Shown here piece after piece: positions 29,079 through 39,268 of a stretch of DNA of 64,000 nt. The position numbers were made by a program, and so were the translations under genes. Positions within the stretch are counted from its first letter, which is position 1, and every line of letters starts with the position of its first letter. The DNA lies in assembly GCA_965279375.1 (NCBI GenBank), contig OZ257156.1:3392001-3456000 (forward strand). Reading direction: 5' to 3'. A model generated the notes under the pieces. It had not been told where the DNA came from and ran no database searches. It was given only the letters and a program-made list of their open reading frames with translations. This DNA is from Gemmatimonas sp. GTDB lineage: Bacteria > Gemmatimonadota > Gemmatimonadetes > Gemmatimonadales > Gemmatimonadaceae.

Positions 29079-31547
29079 ATGCTCGCATTCCTCACTGCTC
29101 GCCCTCGATCCGTGTCGCTTCGATTCGTCCTGCTCCTCTGCCTCGCAATGCCCGCGCTGCTTGCGCTGCCGAGCCGACCCATCGCCGCGCAGACGCCTGC
29201 CGCCGGCGTCACGCTCTTTGGAAAGGTGCAGGACGCGCAGAGCAGGGCGCCGCTGCCGTTCCTGAACCTGCAACTACTCGTGGAGAAGGACAGCGCGTTC
29301 GTGAGCGGTCGACTGACGAACGAATCGGGCGCGTTCACCTTCGCAGGACTCAAGAAGGGCGTGTACGTCCTGGTGGTGCGATCCATCGGCTATCGACCGA
29401 TCAGGCAGCGCGTCCTCGTGGGGGAGCTGAGCGCGTTTCTGGACCTCGGCGCGTTGCTCATGACACGCGAGGCGCAGACGCTCGGCGAAGTGCGCGTGAC
29501 ATCGGCGGCGGACGCGGTGGCCGCGGCCATGGACAGGAAGACGTTCACTGTATCAGACAACATCAGTCAGGCAGGTGGCTCCGTTCTGCAAGCCATGTCC
29601 ACATTGCCCGGCGTGACCGTCGGACAGGACGGCAAGGTGCAGGTGCGTGGCAGCGACAAGGTGGTGGTGCTGATTGACGGCAAGCAGACGGCCCTGACGG
29701 GCTATGGATCGCAGAACGGCCTGGACAATCTGCCCGCCTCCGCGCTCGAACGCATTGAGATCATCAACAATCCGTCGGCCAAGTTCGACGCGAATGCGAG
29801 TGCGGGTATCATCAATCTCGTGTTCAAGAAGCAGGAACAGGAGGGGTTCAACGGCAAGGTTGGGCTGATGGCCGGTGCAGGTGCGTTGTGGGTGAAGAAG
29901 GAGAACTTGCCGACGATCCGTCCGCAGTATCAGGGCACGCCCAAGTTCAATCCGTCACTGGCACTCAACTACCGCAAGGGCGCCACCAACAGCTTCGTGC
30001 AGGGCGATTGGCTGTACTCGCCGACGCTCAATAAGAACGAGTTCTCGACTCGTACCTATGACGACGGTACCGTCATCACGCAGCAAATAAAGCGCAACCG
30101 GCGGACAGACTACGCGACGATCAACGCGGGCGTGGATCACGCGTTCGATGAGCGCAACACTCTCACCGTGTCCGGGCTGTTCAATCGCGAGAAGATTCTC
30201 GACAACGGCGACAATCCCTATTTCTCGGGCACGTTGCAGAATCGCTACCGCCTGTGGCAGTTCCTGGAAGACGAAGTGAAGTACACGGCCTTTGGCACGG
30301 CCGTACTCACGCACAAGTTCGCCGAGCCCGGGCACACACTCGCGGTGACGAGCAACTATTCGTTCCATCGAGAGGACGAGAAGTACTTCTTCACGAATAC
30401 GCTGCCATCGTTCGTCGGCAAGGATGCATTCAAGCTCTTGTCCGACGAGCACGTAGTCGATCTCAACGTCGACTACGTGAAGCCGCTCAGGCAAGGGCGT
30501 GTCGAAGCGGGGTTCAAGGGCCGGTATCGTTCCATTCCGGTGAACATGCAGTTCTTTCCCGGGCAGAATTCACCGATCGACACCGGTGCGGGTGGTTGGG
30601 CCGACTACCGCGAAACGATTCCGGCGTTGTATGGCAACTATGTGTTCGAGAGCCAGCGCGTCGAACTCGAAGGCGGCGTGCGCTTTGAGAGCGTGCGGGT
30701 GGACTACGACGTCAATCCCAATCACAACACCTACAAGAGCGACGGCTATCGCTACTTCCAGCCGTTTCCGAACGTGCGTGCCGCGTACAAGTTCGACGAG
30801 TCCAACAAGCTGTCGCTGTTCTTCAACCGGCGTGTGGACCGCCCGAATGAAGTGGACATTCGCATCTTCCCCAAGTACGACGAGCCAGAGCTGATCAAGG
30901 TCGGTAACCCGGCGCTGCAACCGCAGTACTCGACATCGGCGGAGCTTGGCTACAAGACGAGTTGGGCGAAGGGGAGTCTCTACGCCGCCGCGTTCCACCG
31001 GCTGATCGATGGCACGATCACGCGCATCGCCACGCAGGCGCCGGGCAGTGTGCTGCTCTACAACGTCTTTCAGAACGCAGGGCGCAGCGCGAGCACCGGC
31101 GCGGAACTGGTGTGGCAGCAGACCGTGTCACCCAAGCTGTCGCTCAGTGCGAATGCCGGTGCGTATCGCAAGACGTTCGACGCCTTCTCGGTTGTCAACA
31201 GGTACCCCGTGCCCGTTCGCTACGCGGCGGCCCGACAGGAGCTGACGTCAGGGAATGCGAAGCTCAACGCCGTGGTCCGTTGGCCGAGTGATTGGCAGCT
31301 GCAGCTGTCCAACGTGTACCTCGCCCCCGATCTCTTGCCGCAGGGGCGCATCGAAGGTCGCTACAGCCTGGACATCGGAGCGAAGAAGTCCGTGCAGCGC
31401 GGCAAGGGTGAGATCACGCTTAACGCGACGGATGTATTGAACACGAACCAGGCACAGCGCACCATTCGCGGATCGGACTTCCGCCTGGTGAGCACGGACT
31501 ATCTGGAGACGCAAGTGGTCCGCGTCGGGTACAGCCGCAAGTTCTAG
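29079..31547 (+). CDS. TonB-dependent receptor / outer-membrane beta-barrel family protein
   Basis: Carboxypeptidase-regulatory N-domain; LPGVTV..VRG..VLIDGK; ERIEIINNPSAKFDA..AGIIN; GNPALQP; C-terminal F. Confidence 0.92.
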   Translation: MLAFLTARPRSVSLRFVLLLCLAMPALLALPSRPIAAQTPAAGVTLFGKVQDAQSRAPLPFLNLQLLVEKDSAFVSGRLTNESGAFTFAGLKKGVYVLVVRSIGYRPIRQRVLVGELSAFLDLGALLMTREAQTLGEVRVTSAADAVAAAMDRKTFTVSDNISQAGGSVLQAMSTLPGVTVGQDGKVQVRGSDKVVVLIDGKQTALTGYGSQNGLDNLPASALERIEIINNPSAKFDANASAGIINLVFKKQEQEGFNGKVGLMAGAGALWVKKENLPTIRPQYQGTPKFNPSLALNYRKGATNSFVQGDWLYSPTLNKNEFSTRTYDDGTVITQQIKRNRRTDYATINAGVDHAFDERNTLTVSGLFNREKILDNGDNPYFSGTLQNRYRLWQFLEDEVKYTAFGTAVLTHKFAEPGHTLAVTSNYSFHREDEKYFFTNTLPSFVGKDAFKLLSDEHVVDLNVDYVKPLRQGRVEAGFKGRYRSIPVNMQFFPGQNSPIDTGAGGWADYRETIPALYGNYVFESQRVELEGGVRFESVRVDYDVNPNHNTYKSDGYRYFQPFPNVRAAYKFDESNKLSLFFNRRVDRPNEVDIRIFPKYDEPELIKVGNPALQPQYSTSAELGYKTSWAKGSLYAAAFHRLIDGTITRIATQAPGSVLLYNVFQNAGRSASTGAELVWQQTVSPKLSLSANAGAYRKTFDAFSVVNRYPVPVRYAAARQELTSGNAKLNAVVRWPSDWQLQLSNVYLAPDLLPQGRIEGRYSLDIGAKKSVQRGKGEITLNATDVLNTNQAQRTIRGSDFRLVSTDYLETQVVRVGYSRKF

Positions 31548-31551
31548 GAAA

Positions 31552-31587
31552 CAAAGCGAGGCGACACGACGTGTGCGCCTCGCTTTG
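31552..31587. terminator. intrinsic terminator-like hairpin between convergent genes
   Basis: CAAAGCGAGGCG ... CGCCTCGCTTTG, a 12 bp stem. Confidence 0.75.
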
Positions 31588-31607
31588 CATTGTGAACTAC
31601 TGCACTA

Positions 31608-32219
31608 CTAGACGGAACGCTTGCGCCGCGCTGCGACGAGAACTCCAGCGAGTCCGCCTGCGACCAGCAGATACGTGGACGGCTCGGGAACCACGGTGGT
31701 GAAGAGGCCGCCCTGTATGCTGGTCACGCCATGGTTCGAGGTCGGTGCCTGCAGGTCGACCCTGCCGCTTGCCGTGTAGTTGATGACGGAACTCGCGCCG
31801 GAGGCAACGTTCCACGCGATCGGAAGCGGAGACCAGGACAGGTTCGACGACGTGCCATCGATGCCGCCAATGAGCTGACCAGTGATGACTTGCGTACCAC
31901 CGGGCGTCGGGAGGTTCTGCGTGATCGCCAGATCAAAGGTGACGCCCGCGAATGACTGCTGCCCACTCGTCGAGCCTGAGACGTCGAACTCGCCGAACGA
32001 GAGGAAGCTGGAGAAGCCATTGTTGGCGTCGAGCTGAATCGTGTTGCTGGTGAGGGGAAGGTAGTTGATCGTCATACCACCGAGTACACAGGTCAAGCCC
32101 GTGCACAAGCCGGAGAATGCGCCGGTAGTGCTGTAGTTGACGGTGACTTGTGCACGGGCGACCTGTGCCGCAGCCGAGAGGCTGATGGCGATCGCCAGGG
32201 CTGTGCGAGTCCAACGCAT
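31608..32219 (-). CDS. PEP-CTERM sorting domain protein
   Basis: Signal peptide; Ser/Thr/Gly-rich body; C-terminal VPEPSTYLLVAGGLAGVLVAARRKR. Confidence 0.93.
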   Translation of the reverse strand: MRWTRTALAIAISLSAAAQVARAQVTVNYSTTGAFSGLCTGLTCVLGGMTINYLPLTSNTIQLDANNGFSSFLSFGEFDVSGSTSGQQSFAGVTFDLAITQNLPTPGGTQVITGQLIGGIDGTSSNLSWSPLPIAWNVASGASSVINYTASGRVDLQAPTSNHGVTSIQGGLFTTVVPEPSTYLLVAGGLAGVLVAARRKRSV

Positions 32220-32295
32220 ACGCGCTCCTGCTTCAGAGAGATGGGACGCGAATCGTCGGAATGCCCGCTGTGGATCGCGTCCCGCGCGTACAGAG

Positions 32296-32311
32296 AGCAA
32301 GCCGTGTGCCG
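32296..32311 (-). promoter_or_regulatory. sigma54 (-24/-12) promoter of the PEP-CTERM gene
   Basis: Minus strand CGGCACACGGCTTGCT with correct GG-N10-GC spacing, about 77 bp upstream of the ATG. Confidence 0.7.
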
Positions 32312-32357
32312 CATCACAGTCGTTTGACAGCGTGCGTTCAGGCTGACAGCGTCATGC

Positions 32358-32948
32358 ATGAACTTGCATACCGATTGGCTGCTCGCCATTGCACTCGGGC
32401 TCGGACTCGCAGCGGCGAGTGGACTGCGCGTATTCGTGCCACTGCTGGCGCTGAGTTTGGCGTCGTCGTTCGGCTACGTGGACGTGGGGCCAGGATGGGA
32501 GTGGCTCGCGTCGCGCGCAGCAATGGTCGCGTTCGGAACGGCGACCGTGCTCGAAGTGGTCGCGTTCGCCGTGCCCTGGCTCGACCACGCGCTCGACGTT
32601 GTCGCATCGCCGGCGGCGATCGTGGCGGGAATCCTTGCCTCTGCGTCGGTGCTGGTGGACATGCCACCGCTTCTCAAGTGGAGCATCGCCATCATCGGCG
32701 GCGGTGGTATGGCTGGGCTGACACAGGGCGCCACCGTGTTGGCGCGACTCAAGGCTGGGCTATTCACCGGCGGGTTGGCCAACCCGCTCGTCGCGATCGT
32801 AGAGCTCGTCGGCGCGGTGTTGCTATCCGCGATGGCGGTGTTCGTGCCGATCGCTGCCTGTGTCTGTGCGCTGTTGCTCGTGGTGTGGGCGTTTCGTCGG
32901 CGCGTGCGAGCGGGCGGCACGCCACCGACCACCATACAGCAGCGCTGA
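32358..32948 (+). CDS. DUF4126 membrane protein
   Basis: GLGLAAASGLRVFVPLL, PWLDHALD and TGGLANPLVA. Confidence 0.88.
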   Translation: MNLHTDWLLAIALGLGLAAASGLRVFVPLLALSLASSFGYVDVGPGWEWLASRAAMVAFGTATVLEVVAFAVPWLDHALDVVASPAAIVAGILASASVLVDMPPLLKWSIAIIGGGGMAGLTQGATVLARLKAGLFTGGLANPLVAIVELVGAVLLSAMAVFVPIAACVCALLLVVWAFRRRVRAGGTPPTTIQQR

Positions 32949-32949
32949 G

Positions 32950-33459
32950 CTAGCGGAAGAATGCCACCTGTTCGACGGATACATCAGCGGCGAATTCGCT
33001 GAATCCGGCGACAACGCCGATGCGCAGCAGGCGCGAAGTATCCAGCGGGGTGACGAGAGCTTGCGGCGTGAACGCGGCCCAGTCGAGTCGCACCTCGGTC
33101 CACGTTTCCGAGACGGGCAGTGGGGCGCTGTAGTATTGCCACGGCACGCGCGTGTCGAGGGTTCGCAAATGCACGAAGTAGCGACCGGGGGATCCGCAGA
33201 CCGTGAGGGCGATGCCTGCGTACGCGCTCGCGTCGCGTTCGGCTGCACCGGGTGCGCCGAGTGCGCGCGCCATCTGAACGAAGCCCCCGTTGCGTTCGAG
33301 CGAGACCAATCCTCGCATGCGCAACGCGCGCCTGCCATGAACGATCTCGACGGCGGCATCACCTGTTGAGACGCCACCCATGACGCGGTCGGTGAACAAT
33401 TTCCAGGCGGCCGCGCTGGCCGGCGGTTCTGCGGAAAAGTCGTCGAGCAGCAGCGTCAT
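32950..33459 (-). CDS. CIA30 family protein
   Basis: W..FTDRVMGGVS and GLVSLERNGGFVQ. Confidence 0.9.
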   Translation of the reverse strand: MTLLLDDFSAEPPASAAAWKLFTDRVMGGVSTGDAAVEIVHGRRALRMRGLVSLERNGGFVQMARALGAPGAAERDASAYAGIALTVCGSPGRYFVHLRTLDTRVPWQYYSAPLPVSETWTEVRLDWAAFTPQALVTPLDTSRLLRIGVVAGFSEFAADVSVEQVAFFR

Positions 33460-33537
33460 GCGAGGTGGGAGAGGCGCGATGCCGAATGCGCGACGCGCGT
33501 GTGAGACTACGGCGAACGCGGCGTCGCGTCCGGGACC

Positions 33538-35349
33538 CTAGCCCAACGCGCTATCCGCAGCGGCGAGGGGTGCAAGAATCGCGCGCGCCAGCGGTTCAGG
33601 GAACTCATGCACGGACACATCGTGCGTCGCACCGTCATCCACGTCGCGTTGCGTGATGGTCACGCAGGTGGCCGCGCCCATCCCGCGCACGACGCCCGAG
33701 AGTTCCGACGTGTGTCCCGTGCGGCGGTGCGTGAGCGTCGCTACCCAGTGGTCGTGTTCGTCGTCGAGGCCGCGCTCGCTGCGCAGTGCGATCTCGAAGC
33801 TCGCAACGCGACTGTGCAGCGTGCCGGCGGCTGCTGCGGCGATGGCACCGGCTGCGACGCCCCATGCGGCATCACGATGGGGAAGCGCTTCGCGCACGAA
33901 GAGCTCGCTCGCGCTCCCGGACGCGTGGCCACGTGCGTTCTCGAGTCGGCGCATGAATTCCGGCGCGAGTCGTGCGGCCATGCCCGAGAGTTCGAGCACG
34001 CGCGCGGCGTAGCGCAGCACCTGGCGCGTTTCGATACGCTCGACTTCGTCGAAGAACCACGCGCACGAGGTGAACATGCGCAGCGTCGCGCGTTCGAGCT
34101 CGAGCAACTCACGGGCGCGCTGCAGCTCTGCCGCCGATGCGTCATTTCGCACTGCGTCTTGCACGAACGTCGCCAGGGCGTCGCCGTCGAGCGCGACCAC
34201 GGCGCCATATGCATCGCGCACCGACCAAGGGTCTGCGGCAAAGAGCGACTGGCCTTCACGTTCGAAGACCGCATGTCCATGTTCGGCCAACCACTGCAAC
34301 GCCTCGCGGAGCGGTCCACGCCACTCCTGCGCCGGCGGCTTGCTGCCGTCCAGTCGGCAACCACAGTTGCTGCGCCACCGTTCGACACCGTGCGCGCAGC
34401 TCCACGCGGACGGCGAGACGAGCGTGACATCGACCGTGGGCGGATGCCGCGCGATCAGTGCGGCGGGATTGATGATGTGCCCTGTGCCGCGCTTCGTGAC
34501 CTGCACGAGTGCTTCGGCGAGTGTTCCGTCTCCGCCGCGGTGATGATGGCCGAACGTCTCTCCGTCCGTCGCGAGCGTTGTACAGCGCACGATGCCGTCG
34601 TGCATGAGCTCCGGACGCGCGAGACGATTGGCCAGCGACGCGGGATCGCGCAGGAGCCCACCGAATGCCACTTCACCCGCGAGATTCCCGTCGTACGGCA
34701 GAATCGCCAGTTCGCGTTTGTTCGCACCGCGCCAACGCACCGGCATGCCGTGCGTACCATCGTGGCCGCGTACCTGATACGGCGCGAGAATCGTGAAGCG
34801 AATGCCTTCTTCAGCCAGCACTTCCAGCGTCTCTTCATCCACTGCGCATTCGGGGAGCCACATGCCCTCGGGCTCGCGACCGAACCGCTTGCGAAAGTCG
34901 GCCATACCCCAGCGCACTTCGGTGACCTTGTCGCGACGCGACGCCAGCGGCAGGATGACGTGATGGTACGGCGCGGCGATGGCGTTGCCATGTCCCCAAC
35001 GCTTGACGCTCGCGGCATCGCCCGCCTGCATGGCGGCGAGCGTGTGCGGCGCTTCGTCCTGCAGCCACTCACAAAGCGTGGCGCCCACATCGAACGAGCA
35101 CCACGCGTACAGGTTGATCAGCCTCGACAGACCAGCGCGCGCATCTGGATCACGCGCCGCCGCACGCGGATCGCGCAGTCTGGCCTCTGCCTGCGCTAAC
35201 CGTGCGTAGCACTCGCGATCGATGCGCGCGTTCCAGTCGTGGTCCGGCGCCGCCGACGGTTCCACGCCCACCTGCTCGAGCCACGGATCCTCGCGCGGCG
35301 GTTGGTAGCAGTGCGCGTGTACGATCAGCGATTGGAGCAGCGAGGTCAT
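33538..35349 (-). CDS. GH57 / DUF3536 glycoside hydrolase
   Basis: HAHCYQPPREDPW, HDWNARI..ECY, PEGMWLPE, ATDGETFGHH, WSCAHGVERW and MFTSCAWFFDE. Confidence 0.9.
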   Translation of the reverse strand: MTSLLQSLIVHAHCYQPPREDPWLEQVGVEPSAAPDHDWNARIDRECYARLAQAEARLRDPRAAARDPDARAGLSRLINLYAWCSFDVGATLCEWLQDEAPHTLAAMQAGDAASVKRWGHGNAIAAPYHHVILPLASRRDKVTEVRWGMADFRKRFGREPEGMWLPECAVDEETLEVLAEEGIRFTILAPYQVRGHDGTHGMPVRWRGANKRELAILPYDGNLAGEVAFGGLLRDPASLANRLARPELMHDGIVRCTTLATDGETFGHHHRGGDGTLAEALVQVTKRGTGHIINPAALIARHPPTVDVTLVSPSAWSCAHGVERWRSNCGCRLDGSKPPAQEWRGPLREALQWLAEHGHAVFEREGQSLFAADPWSVRDAYGAVVALDGDALATFVQDAVRNDASAAELQRARELLELERATLRMFTSCAWFFDEVERIETRQVLRYAARVLELSGMAARLAPEFMRRLENARGHASGSASELFVREALPHRDAAWGVAAGAIAAAAAGTLHSRVASFEIALRSERGLDDEHDHWVATLTHRRTGHTSELSGVVRGMGAATCVTITQRDVDDGATHDVSVHEFPEPLARAILAPLAAADSALG

Positions 35350-35376
35350 CGTTCTCTGGTACAGGTGGACGCGCGA

Positions 35377-36891
35377 TCAGCCGCGCTGTCGTGCAATCGA
35401 CGTGGCTCGTCGGTAAACCTCGGCATACCGCTCGGCGGACAGGCCCCAGCCAAAGTCGCGCCCCATCGCCGCGTGCATGCGTGGCTCCCACTGCTCGGGC
35501 GCGGCGAAGCGTGTCAGCGCGCGCGACATCGCCCAGTCCATGGCGCCCGCGTTGAACTCGTCGAAGAGAAAGCCTGTCTTGTCGTCCTCGACCGTGTCCG
35601 CGATGCCACCGACACGACGTCCGATGGGCAGCGCGCCGTAGCGCTGCGCGCGCATCTGCGTGAGGCCGCACGGCTCGTACTGCGACGGCATCAGGAACAT
35701 GTCCGCGCCGGCCATCAGGCGATGCTCGAGGCGATCGGTAAAGTCGAGCTGCACACCGACATTGCGCGGACGGAGCGAGGCCAATCGCGTGAGGGCGCTT
35801 TCGTAGCGCTTTTCACCGGCGCCCAGAAAGACGAACTGCGCGTCGAGATTCCAGACGAGATACGAATTGAGAATCAGGTCGAGCCCTTTCTGCGTCACCA
35901 TGCGACCGGTCATGCCGATGAGCGGTGTGCGCTTGCGTTGCGGGAGTCCGAAGAGACGCTGCAGCGCGAGTTTGCACTTGGCCTTGTTGCTCACGTCGTC
36001 CCGCGAGTAGTGCGCGGTGATCTGATCGTCGGTGCGCGGGTCCCACACGGTCTGGTCGATGCCGTTGGTGATGCCGGTGAAGCGCTCGCTCAACCAGCGG
36101 AACACCTCCTGCAATCCAAAACCGCCGCCGGGCGTGCGTAACTCTGCGGCGTGTGTCGGACTGACCGTCACGACCATGTCCGCGAACGTGAGTCCACCCT
36201 TGAGCAGGTTGATGCGGTCGTACCACTCGAGGTGCCGGTAGTTGTACACCTCGGGCGGGATGCCACAGTCGTTGAGCTGATCGGCGGGGAAGTGTCCCTG
36301 ATAGCCGGCGTTATGTACCGACAGCACCGTCGGCGTGGCGGCGAACCGCTCGCGCAGGCCGCCGTAGGTTCGCATGTACATCAGCGCCAACGACGTGTGC
36401 CAATCGTGCGCGTGGATGAGCACCGGCCCCTGAATCAGGCGCGGGATGCCATCGAGCACGGCGCGGGAGAACATGGCGAACCGGCGCGCGTTGTCGGCGT
36501 AGTCGCGACCGCCTTCGGCATAGAGCCCGACGCGATTGAAATACTCCGGGATGTCGACGAAGACGACTTTGGGTCCTGGCGCCGGATGCACTTCCCGAAA
36601 GAAGCGCACCTCGGAGCCGCGGAAGCCCAACTCCACGCGGATTGGGCGACCGAGTGGGGCAAGGTCGGGCGCATGATCGCGCACCGTGCGATACAGCGGC
36701 ACGAAGACGACGACGGTCGCCCCGGCCTTCACTTGGTAATTCGCCAGCCCCATGACGGCTTCGGCGAGTCCGCCCGTACGTGCGTACGGGCTGTACTCGG
36801 CCGTCAGGTGAACGATTGTCGGTGCGTCGCTGGCCGACGGACCAACCACCGGCGCGCCAAGGTTAGGCGTCGGCATCGAGACTCGGTTCAT
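35377..36891 (-). CDS. glgA: glycogen/starch synthase (GT5)
   Basis: EYSPYARTGGL, HAHDWHT, VHNAGYQG, NGID, QKGLDL and MPSQYEPCGLTQM. Confidence 0.93.
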   Translation of the reverse strand: MNRVSMPTPNLGAPVVGPSASDAPTIVHLTAEYSPYARTGGLAEAVMGLANYQVKAGATVVVFVPLYRTVRDHAPDLAPLGRPIRVELGFRGSEVRFFREVHPAPGPKVVFVDIPEYFNRVGLYAEGGRDYADNARRFAMFSRAVLDGIPRLIQGPVLIHAHDWHTSLALMYMRTYGGLRERFAATPTVLSVHNAGYQGHFPADQLNDCGIPPEVYNYRHLEWYDRINLLKGGLTFADMVVTVSPTHAAELRTPGGGFGLQEVFRWLSERFTGITNGIDQTVWDPRTDDQITAHYSRDDVSNKAKCKLALQRLFGLPQRKRTPLIGMTGRMVTQKGLDLILNSYLVWNLDAQFVFLGAGEKRYESALTRLASLRPRNVGVQLDFTDRLEHRLMAGADMFLMPSQYEPCGLTQMRAQRYGALPIGRRVGGIADTVEDDKTGFLFDEFNAGAMDWAMSRALTRFAAPEQWEPRMHAAMGRDFGWGLSAERYAEVYRRATSIARQRG

Positions 36892-36921
36892 CAGGCGACC
36901 GTCTGGGGCTGAAAGCGAACG

Positions 36922-39105
36922 TCAGGCAATTGGCGGATCGTCGGGGAGCACGTCGCCCAGAATGGACGGCGCATAGTACGAGCGCGCGTACTGTTCGACC
37001 ATGCGCCGAGCCGTGAAATGCTGGCCGGCGACACGGATCGCGTTCTTCATCATCGTCAGCCACGCGCGCGGCAGTCCCATCGCGTCGCGCTCGTAGTACT
37101 TGGGCACGACTTCCTTCTCCAGCAGCTCATACAGCCGAGCGGCCGGAATGCTCCGGTCGTCGCTGTCTTCCTCGGGCTGGATCGCCCAGCCGTTGTTGCC
37201 CTCGAAGCCTTCTTCCCACCAGCCGTCGATCGTGGAGAACTGCGGCACGCCGTTGAGCGCCGCCTTCATACCGCTCGTTCCCGACGCTTCCATCGGCACA
37301 CGCGGCATGTTCATCCACACGTCCACGCCCTGCACGAGCAGATGCGCGAGGTGCATGCCGTAGTCTTCGACGAACGCAACGCGTCCCTCGAAGCGCGGGT
37401 CGCGCGTGAACTGGTAGACGTTCTGCAGCACCTGCTTGCCGGGGTTGTCCGCTGGGTGGGCCTTTCCAGCGAAGACGATCTGCACCGGGCGTGAGCTGTT
37501 GGTCACGAGCGCGCGGAGGCGTTCCACGTCCGCGAAGATCAAGTCCGCGCGCTTGTACGTGGCAAAGCGGCGCGCGAAACCGATGGTGAGCACGTGCGGA
37601 TCGAGCAGCGGGCCGGCGCCGACCAGCTGCGCCGTCTCGAGCGTGCGTTCGGCGAAGGCGCGACGGGCCTCTTCGCGCACGCGGCGCATGAGGGTGTGCT
37701 TGAGACGCATGTGCGTGAACCAAAGCGTCTCGTCATCCATGGACAGGATCTGATTCCAGACGGACGGATCGTTGCCATGTCCCCACCACGGCCCGAGGTG
37801 CTTGTCGAGCAGCTGCATGATCGGGCTGGCCATCCACGTGGCGAGGTGCACGCCGTTGGTGATGTAGCCGACGGGCACGTCTTCCGCAGCGCGGCCCGGC
37901 CACAACGGCTTGCACAGCTCGCGCGAGACGATGCCATGGCGACGCGAGACGGCGTTGATCCGGCGCGACATGCGGATGGACGCCGCCGTCATGTGGAACG
38001 AGTTCGCACCCGCCTCAGGGTGGTAGCCCAGTCGCACGAACGCCTGCGCGTCGATGCCCATCTCCTTCCACATGCCACCGGCGCACTGCGCCACTTCCTG
38101 CACGCCGAACTGGTCGTGCCCGGCGGGCACCGGCGTGTGCGTCGTGAAGACGCTGCAGCTACGCACCTGCTTGATCGCGTCGGCAAACGACACGCCCTTC
38201 ACGGTGAGTTCGCGCACGCGCTCGATCATCATGAACGCAGCGTGCCCTTCGTTGGCATGCCATGCGGCCGGTTCGATGCCCATCGCGCGCAGCGCACGCA
38301 CGCCACCGACGCCGAGCAACCACTCCTGACGCAGGCGCATGGCCGGTCCGCCGGAGTAGAGCTTGGAGAGGAGCGGGCGATCGTCCGGATGGTTCTCAGG
38401 GAGATCGGAGTCGAGCAGGTACACCGGCACGCGTCCCACTTCGAGCTTCCAGACGCGGATGTTGATGTCGCGTCCAAATGTGTTGACCGTGACGAGGTGC
38501 GCCTGGCCATCGGGGCCGGGAACCGGTGCGATCGGCACGGAGCTCAGTGCAAACTTGTTGTCCGAGTCTTCCTGCCAGCCATCGGGGCGGATGCTCTGAT
38601 CGAAGTAGCCGTTGCGATAGAGGATGCCCACGGCCACGAGCGGCACGCCGAGGTCGGACGCCGTCTTGAGATGGTCACCGGCGAGTACGCCCAGACCGCC
38701 CGAGTAAATGGGCACCGAGTTGTGAATGCCGAACTCAGCGCAGAAGTACGCAACGGGCTTGCCGCGCAACTCGGGGAAGGTGCGCGAGTACCACGTGTGT
38801 TCGTCGGACTTTTCCGTGGCCAGCCACTGCATCGCCCGATCGTAGCGCGCGCAGAAGGCCATGTCGTCGGCGAGCGTGACGAGACGCGCCGGGTCCACCT
38901 GCTGCAGCAGCTGGATCGGGTTGTGTCGCAGGCGATTCCAGAGGGCATCGTCGATCTCGCGAAAGAGCGCGCGCGCATCGCGGTTCCAGCTCCACGCGAG
39001 GTTGTGCGCGAGCTGTGCGAGCCCCGACAGACGCTCGGGGATCGGCTGGAAGTACGCGTTCGCCAGAGCGACGGGAACGTTCGGATCGATTGCGGTGGCT
39101 GTCAT
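36922..39105 (-). CDS. glgP: alpha-glucan phosphorylase
   Basis: AYFCAEFG, YSGGLGVLAGDHLK, NEGHAAF, FTTHTPVPAGHD, ARRFATYKR and EASGTSGMK; start at ATG 39105. Confidence 0.96.
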   Translation of the reverse strand: MTATAIDPNVPVALANAYFQPIPERLSGLAQLAHNLAWSWNRDARALFREIDDALWNRLRHNPIQLLQQVDPARLVTLADDMAFCARYDRAMQWLATEKSDEHTWYSRTFPELRGKPVAYFCAEFGIHNSVPIYSGGLGVLAGDHLKTASDLGVPLVAVGILYRNGYFDQSIRPDGWQEDSDNKFALSSVPIAPVPGPDGQAHLVTVNTFGRDINIRVWKLEVGRVPVYLLDSDLPENHPDDRPLLSKLYSGGPAMRLRQEWLLGVGGVRALRAMGIEPAAWHANEGHAAFMMIERVRELTVKGVSFADAIKQVRSCSVFTTHTPVPAGHDQFGVQEVAQCAGGMWKEMGIDAQAFVRLGYHPEAGANSFHMTAASIRMSRRINAVSRRHGIVSRELCKPLWPGRAAEDVPVGYITNGVHLATWMASPIMQLLDKHLGPWWGHGNDPSVWNQILSMDDETLWFTHMRLKHTLMRRVREEARRAFAERTLETAQLVGAGPLLDPHVLTIGFARRFATYKRADLIFADVERLRALVTNSSRPVQIVFAGKAHPADNPGKQVLQNVYQFTRDPRFEGRVAFVEDYGMHLAHLLVQGVDVWMNMPRVPMEASGTSGMKAALNGVPQFSTIDGWWEEGFEGNNGWAIQPEEDSDDRSIPAARLYELLEKEVVPKYYERDAMGLPRAWLTMMKNAIRVAGQHFTARRMVEQYARSYYAPSILGDVLPDDPPIA

Positions 39106-39268
39106 GGAAAGTCGACGGCAGAGAATGCAGCACCCCCGTGTGGGATGCCACGATATTCGCTCGGAAAGGTACCCAAGCGTGCGCGGGTGTGGACAGGCCG
39201 GTGGTCCCGGACTAACCTGCGGGACCCGGTCGTCCGTGTAGAGGACGGTTGCGTCCCCGATTTGGTCA

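Noticed and set aside
39106..39268. Possible thr attenuator or lysine/SAM riboswitch upstream of thrA
   Set aside because: Small hairpins exist (GGTCCCG/CGGGACC, CGTCC/GGACG), but I found no Thr/Ile-rich leader peptide, U-tract terminator or recognisable aptamer consensus
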